From: Amoebidium appalachense
Taxonomy: Eukaryota > Protista > Ichthyosporea
DNA length: 64,000 nt
NCBI GenBank assembly: GCA_963693365.1
Contig: CAVNZM010000011.1
Span: 1,178,001-1,242,000, forward strand
Reading direction: 5' to 3'
A model generated the notes under the pieces. That model did no database searches. It had not been told where the DNA came from and saw nothing but the letters and a program-made list of their open reading frames with translations. Below are positions 59,704-64,000 of the stretch, one piece after another. How positions within the stretch are numbered: the stretch's first letter is position 1; each line of letters starts with the position of its first letter. The position numbers and the translations under genes are program-made.

Positions 59704-60017
59704 GGTGGGTGGGTGGGTGTTTGGGGGGGGGGGGGGGGGGGGGGAGATGGGGTTGGAATGTGTCATAGAGTGCAAAGTACACACTCACGACGGACAGCAT
59801 AAGAAAAAAGAACACACAAAGAATATGCATCAAGGGGTGGGGGGTGGTGGGGGGGTGGGGCTGGGGGAGGCTGGGGGGGGGGGGGGGGGGGGTGGAGGGG
59901 GGAGTAATCGAAGCCAGAAAAGGAAGGGGGAGCATAGTAGTAAACGGTAAGCAAGAATGATTAACAGTATAGGTGAGGAAAGGGTGGTGAAGCAAACGTA
60001 CACGTAAAAGCCACACG

Positions 60018-60100
<83 letters not shown>

Positions 60101-60505
60101 GGTCTCGTGGTTGCCGTGGCGCAGGTTTGAGTTGATGTCTGTGCCGCCATCCACCAGGGCAGCTTTGACTGCTTCCTCCATGCTCTGTACATAGTGGTGC
60201 TGCAGTGCACAGTCAGCAACAACAACAAAAAAAGAAAAAAGAAAAAAAAAAAGAGAGGGGGGGGGGGGGGGGGGAGGATGTTAAGTTGGATAAAAAAAAA
60301 AATGATGATTTCTTCCACACGTGATGTCTATAAATGTATGGTAATGCCGATGCGTGTGTGCGTACGTGTGTGTTTTTGGGGGATGAAATAAGATGACAGA
60401 ACAATCAGGGGCAGGAAAATGGTGGGGAGTTCTCTCTCTCCCCCCCCCCCCCCCCCCTTTTGACCCTCCCTTTTTTTCTCTTTCTTTCTTTCTTTCTTTT
60501 TTTTT

Positions 60506-60536
<31 letters not shown>

Positions 60537-60582
60537 CCGGGGAGGATGTCCCGGCGCCACAAGGTATACTCTCTGTGTGTGT

Positions 60583-60630
<48 letters not shown>

Positions 60631-60769
60631 GGGGTGCTGCGAAGTTCTCCCCTCTACAATTAATGCTCAACTGACTTTCTAGTGTTTCCAGTGTTTCTGC
60701 CTTCTCATGTAGCTGCTTGTGGTTTCTTGGGTCCAAGGAAGCATATGGGTATGTGTGTGTTGGTTGTCT

Positions 60770-60801
<32 letters not shown>

Positions 60802-60875
60802 CTCTCTCCCTTTTTTTTATTCTTGTGCTTTCTTTTCTTTTCTATAATTATTTCTTTCTTTTTTTTTTTTTTTTT

Positions 60876-60906
<31 letters not shown>

Positions 60907-61129
60907 GGGGGGGTGTTACAGACCTGGTACCAAATGCTCTCGACGGCATCCGAATCACTGGTCACATAGCCGTCAAAGCCCCACGTGTCACGCAGCACCC
61001 GACTAAGGAAGTTGCTAGCACATGCTGGCACCCCATTCACGGCATTGTAGCTGTGTGGGTGCAGGGTGTGTGTGGAGGTGTGTGTGCATTGGAAGGGGGT
61101 GTTGCTTGGAGAATGAAGGCTTGTACACA

Positions 61130-61193
<64 letters not shown>

Positions 61194-61440
61194 ATGTGTG
61201 TGTGTGGGAGCAGGAAGGAGAGTGACGAACGGGGGAGGGGAAGGGGGAGGGTCAGAGACATATCCGTGTCTTATGTGGTGCAATGATGGAGGGCTGGAGC
61301 AAACCAATCTATTTGGATCCATGTCCTCTCCAGCTTCCTCCCTCTACCCATTTACCTCACCATCTCATTCCCCGACCTATATTAGACACGAATGATGTTG
61401 AATGCACCCGGAGAGCGATGACAGCGGGTAAGATAGACAA

Positions 61441-61472
<32 letters not shown>

Positions 61473-62660
61473 AGAGAGAGAGAGGGGGGGGGGGGGGGGG
61501 GAAGAGAGAGAGAGAGAACGTAAGCGAGGGGGTGGCGTGGGGGGGGGGGGGGGGGGGGGGAGGGAAGGAAAGGGAAGGAGAGAAAGGGAGGCAGAGACAA
61601 GCCAGTGCGGGGGAGACGAGAAGAAGGGGAGACAGATGGGAGAATGTGTGTGTGTGTGTGTGTGTGTGTCTGTGTGCAGGTGAAAAAAAAAAAGAGCACA
61701 GCACACACAAAGCGTACGGGAGATCTGGGGGGGGGGGGGGGGGGGGGGTGGGAGGGGGGGAAGGGGGGGAAAGGGGGGAGGTGGGGGGGGGCAATGCCAG
61801 CCGGCTGGCAGGGGGGTGTACCTGCACATGATGCCCTTGGCATTGCCCTGCTGCACAGACATCTTGAAGGCGGGGAAGTACGAGTCCTGGTAGTCTGCAC
61901 ACACCACCACATAACCATCAACCACTATACTCTCAACTGCTTTCCCCCTTAGCGCCTGCCCCCCCTCCCTCCCCCCCCCCCCCCCCCCTCCCCCCCCGCC
62001 CCCCTGCCCGCCGGCCGTCGGCCTGCCCATCCCCTCCTCCTCTCCAGCTCTCCTCCCCGCAACCACCACCACCACCACACATACACGCCAGTTGCAGGTA
62101 GCCTTATTGATTCATCCTCGGTGATCAACTACTAAAAACTATCCTACCCCCCCCCCCCCCCCCCCTCCCCCCCCCCCCCCCCTTCTCCCCCCAACACACA
62201 CACACACACACACACCACACACTACCACCATCACCATGTCACCACCACCGTAAAATAAAACATGCAGAGAGTGTGGGACATGTAAATTTCCAACAGGCAT
62301 CACCCATTTCCAACCAACTATACTACCATTACACCACACTCACCCACCAAATCCCTTATCCCCCCCCCCCAAAAAAAAAATAAATAAAAAATAAATAAAT
62401 AAATAAATTAATAAAATGAAAAATAAAATAAAATAAAAAATAGAAGAGAAACAAAAAACACACCCAAACACACACACACACACACATACACAGAAATTCA
62501 CCCACCATAGTTTGACACAATTGCATTGAAGCTCATGCGGGATAGATTTGTGCCTGGCCACCCCTCGAGGCTGTATGCGTCCCAATGCTTCACTGTTGAT
62601 ACAGCTAGAAGGTAGCGCTTGTCGGGTCCCTCCTGCAGCCCTGGTGGTGATGGCGGGGTG

Positions 62661-62691
<31 letters not shown>

Positions 62692-63345
62692 TGTGTGTGT
62701 GTGTGCGTGGGGGTGGGGAGGGGGGAGGGGGGAAGGATGGGTCAGGGGGCGCTTCACAGTGCAAAGGTGTGGAAAGAAGATATGAGGTGCAGGAAAGGGG
62801 GTAGCATGTTAAAGCACACATGGAATATATGTAACATATGTAGAGCCCCTCAAAGGGGGAAGGATGGGGGTGCATGGGTGGGTGGATGGGTGGGTGGGGG
62901 GGGGGTCATTTACAGTTTTAGTGTTAACTCATACGTTTGCCCGAGGGAAAGGGGGGGGGGGGGGGGGGGGGGGATGAACGGGAACTGGCGGTGGCGTTGG
63001 CGGTGGGTGGATGCCCCCGAAGAAGGGGGGGGGGGGGGGGGGGGGGGGGGCAATGCAACCAGCCATTTCAGCATGACAGGTCATTAGATGGAAGCTAATA
63101 GAAGCTTCTGAGAAATGTACTTGGATGGTTGGAGAGGAGAGACTTCGTTAGTGTGTGCGTGTGCATATGTACTGTGGCTGTGTGGCTGTGTGTGTTTTGA
63201 GGAAGAGAGGGGGGGGGGGGGGGGGGGGGGGGGATGGTTAGCACACCCTTAGTGTAAGCCACCCCAAACATGCCGTTGACATAGGGATCCTCGGAAGGCA
63301 CTTCATTGGCCCGGCCCCTGCACAAACCGTCCACTGGTCAGTTAA

Positions 63346-63377
<32 letters not shown>

Positions 63378-63818
63378 TTCACACACACACATCTATTCCC
63401 CTTACCATATCCTAGTCTATGCTGACCGCCAAACACATTCCTCGAATTCCCCCCCCTCGCCCCCTCCCCTTTCCCCTCGCCACCAAAAAAAAAAAAAAAA
63501 GAAAGAAAGAAAAAAGAAAAAGAAAAAAGAAAAACCCTCCTACTCGACACAACACAAAAGCAGCCCGATGACTTAAACCCCCCCCCCCCCCTCCCTCCAA
63601 AAAAGGCGGTCCCCCCCCCCCCCCCACCAATATCCACATAAAGACCACCATATAAGGTCATCCCTCCTCCCCCTAGAAATGACTAAAAATCCGAGATTGC
63701 ACACACCATCTTGGGTCCCTGTTGATGTTGATATTTGGGCTCCAGCAGTCCAGACCCAGGTGGGGAAGGTTCTCCTGCCGATGTTCACCCACACCCTCCA
63801 GCCACAGTGCTCGGAGCT
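53050..63818 (-). CDS. Glycoside hydrolase family 3 beta-xylosidase/arabinofuranosidase-like protein; 5' end beyond the right edge
   Basis: Exons 63818-63707, 63317-63247, 62640-62506, 61894-61822, 61050-60924, 60199-60100, 59437-59282, 58873-58772, 58338-58257, 57767-57686, 57259-57200, 56838-56754, 56191-55995, 55366-55246, 54803-54694, 54117-53983, 53241-53050. Motifs WSPNININRDPRWGR..E.PSEDP, VKHW, GIMCSYNAVNGVP, WGFDGYVTSD (nucleophile Asp), GMVLLKN, ERESADR, FYPG..G..AVADVLFG..NPGGKLP, PFGYGLSYTSF and FnIII-like VTNTG..DGSETV. Confidence 0.95.
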
Positions 63819-64000
63819 CTGAGCAATATCAATCTGATAAGGTCTATGGCTTTCTAAAGCCTATTGGCCCCCTCTCATGTAACATTCTCCATATCCACTA
63901 CACCCAGAATAACCATTTCCCCCGCTTCTAACTTTTGCATCAATATTTTGACCACTTCAATGGTTTGCCACTGCTGTTGCCCCCCCCCCCCCCCCCCCCC

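Overview
Eukaryotic, intron-rich genomic window with GT-AG introns packed with poly-G/poly-C, (CA)n/(TG)n and poly-A/T tracts; most ORF-track entries are translations of these repeats. The organism is probably an opisthokont, plausibly a unicellular holozoan, inferred from the animal-like XPA. Genes were reconstructed by joining exons by eye: the N-terminal helicase half of a Dicer-like gene (minus, runs off the left edge), head-to-head with XPA; a one-intron cytosolic Hsp70; a stand-alone OvoA-type (ovothiol) methyltransferase with an N-terminal hydrophobic anchor; a globin with a long tail rich in PKA-type motifs; and a GH3 beta-xylosidase (runs off the right edge). Mobile DNA includes a young full-length Ty3/Gypsy LTR element (610-bp LTRs with 1 mismatch, TGCAG TSD), two non-autonomous DNA transposons (TTAA-flanked Kolobok-like and hAT-like), a probable LINE 3' remnant and a short dispersed intronic repeat. 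The most unusual signals are: about 75 sense-strand ACGAA motifs across the LTR element's ORFs in all frames; a UAG-separated in-frame gag-pol; a chromodomain on an element that otherwise does not look like a chromovirus; splice sites built from complementary microsatellites; and the orphan ovothiol-type methyltransferase.
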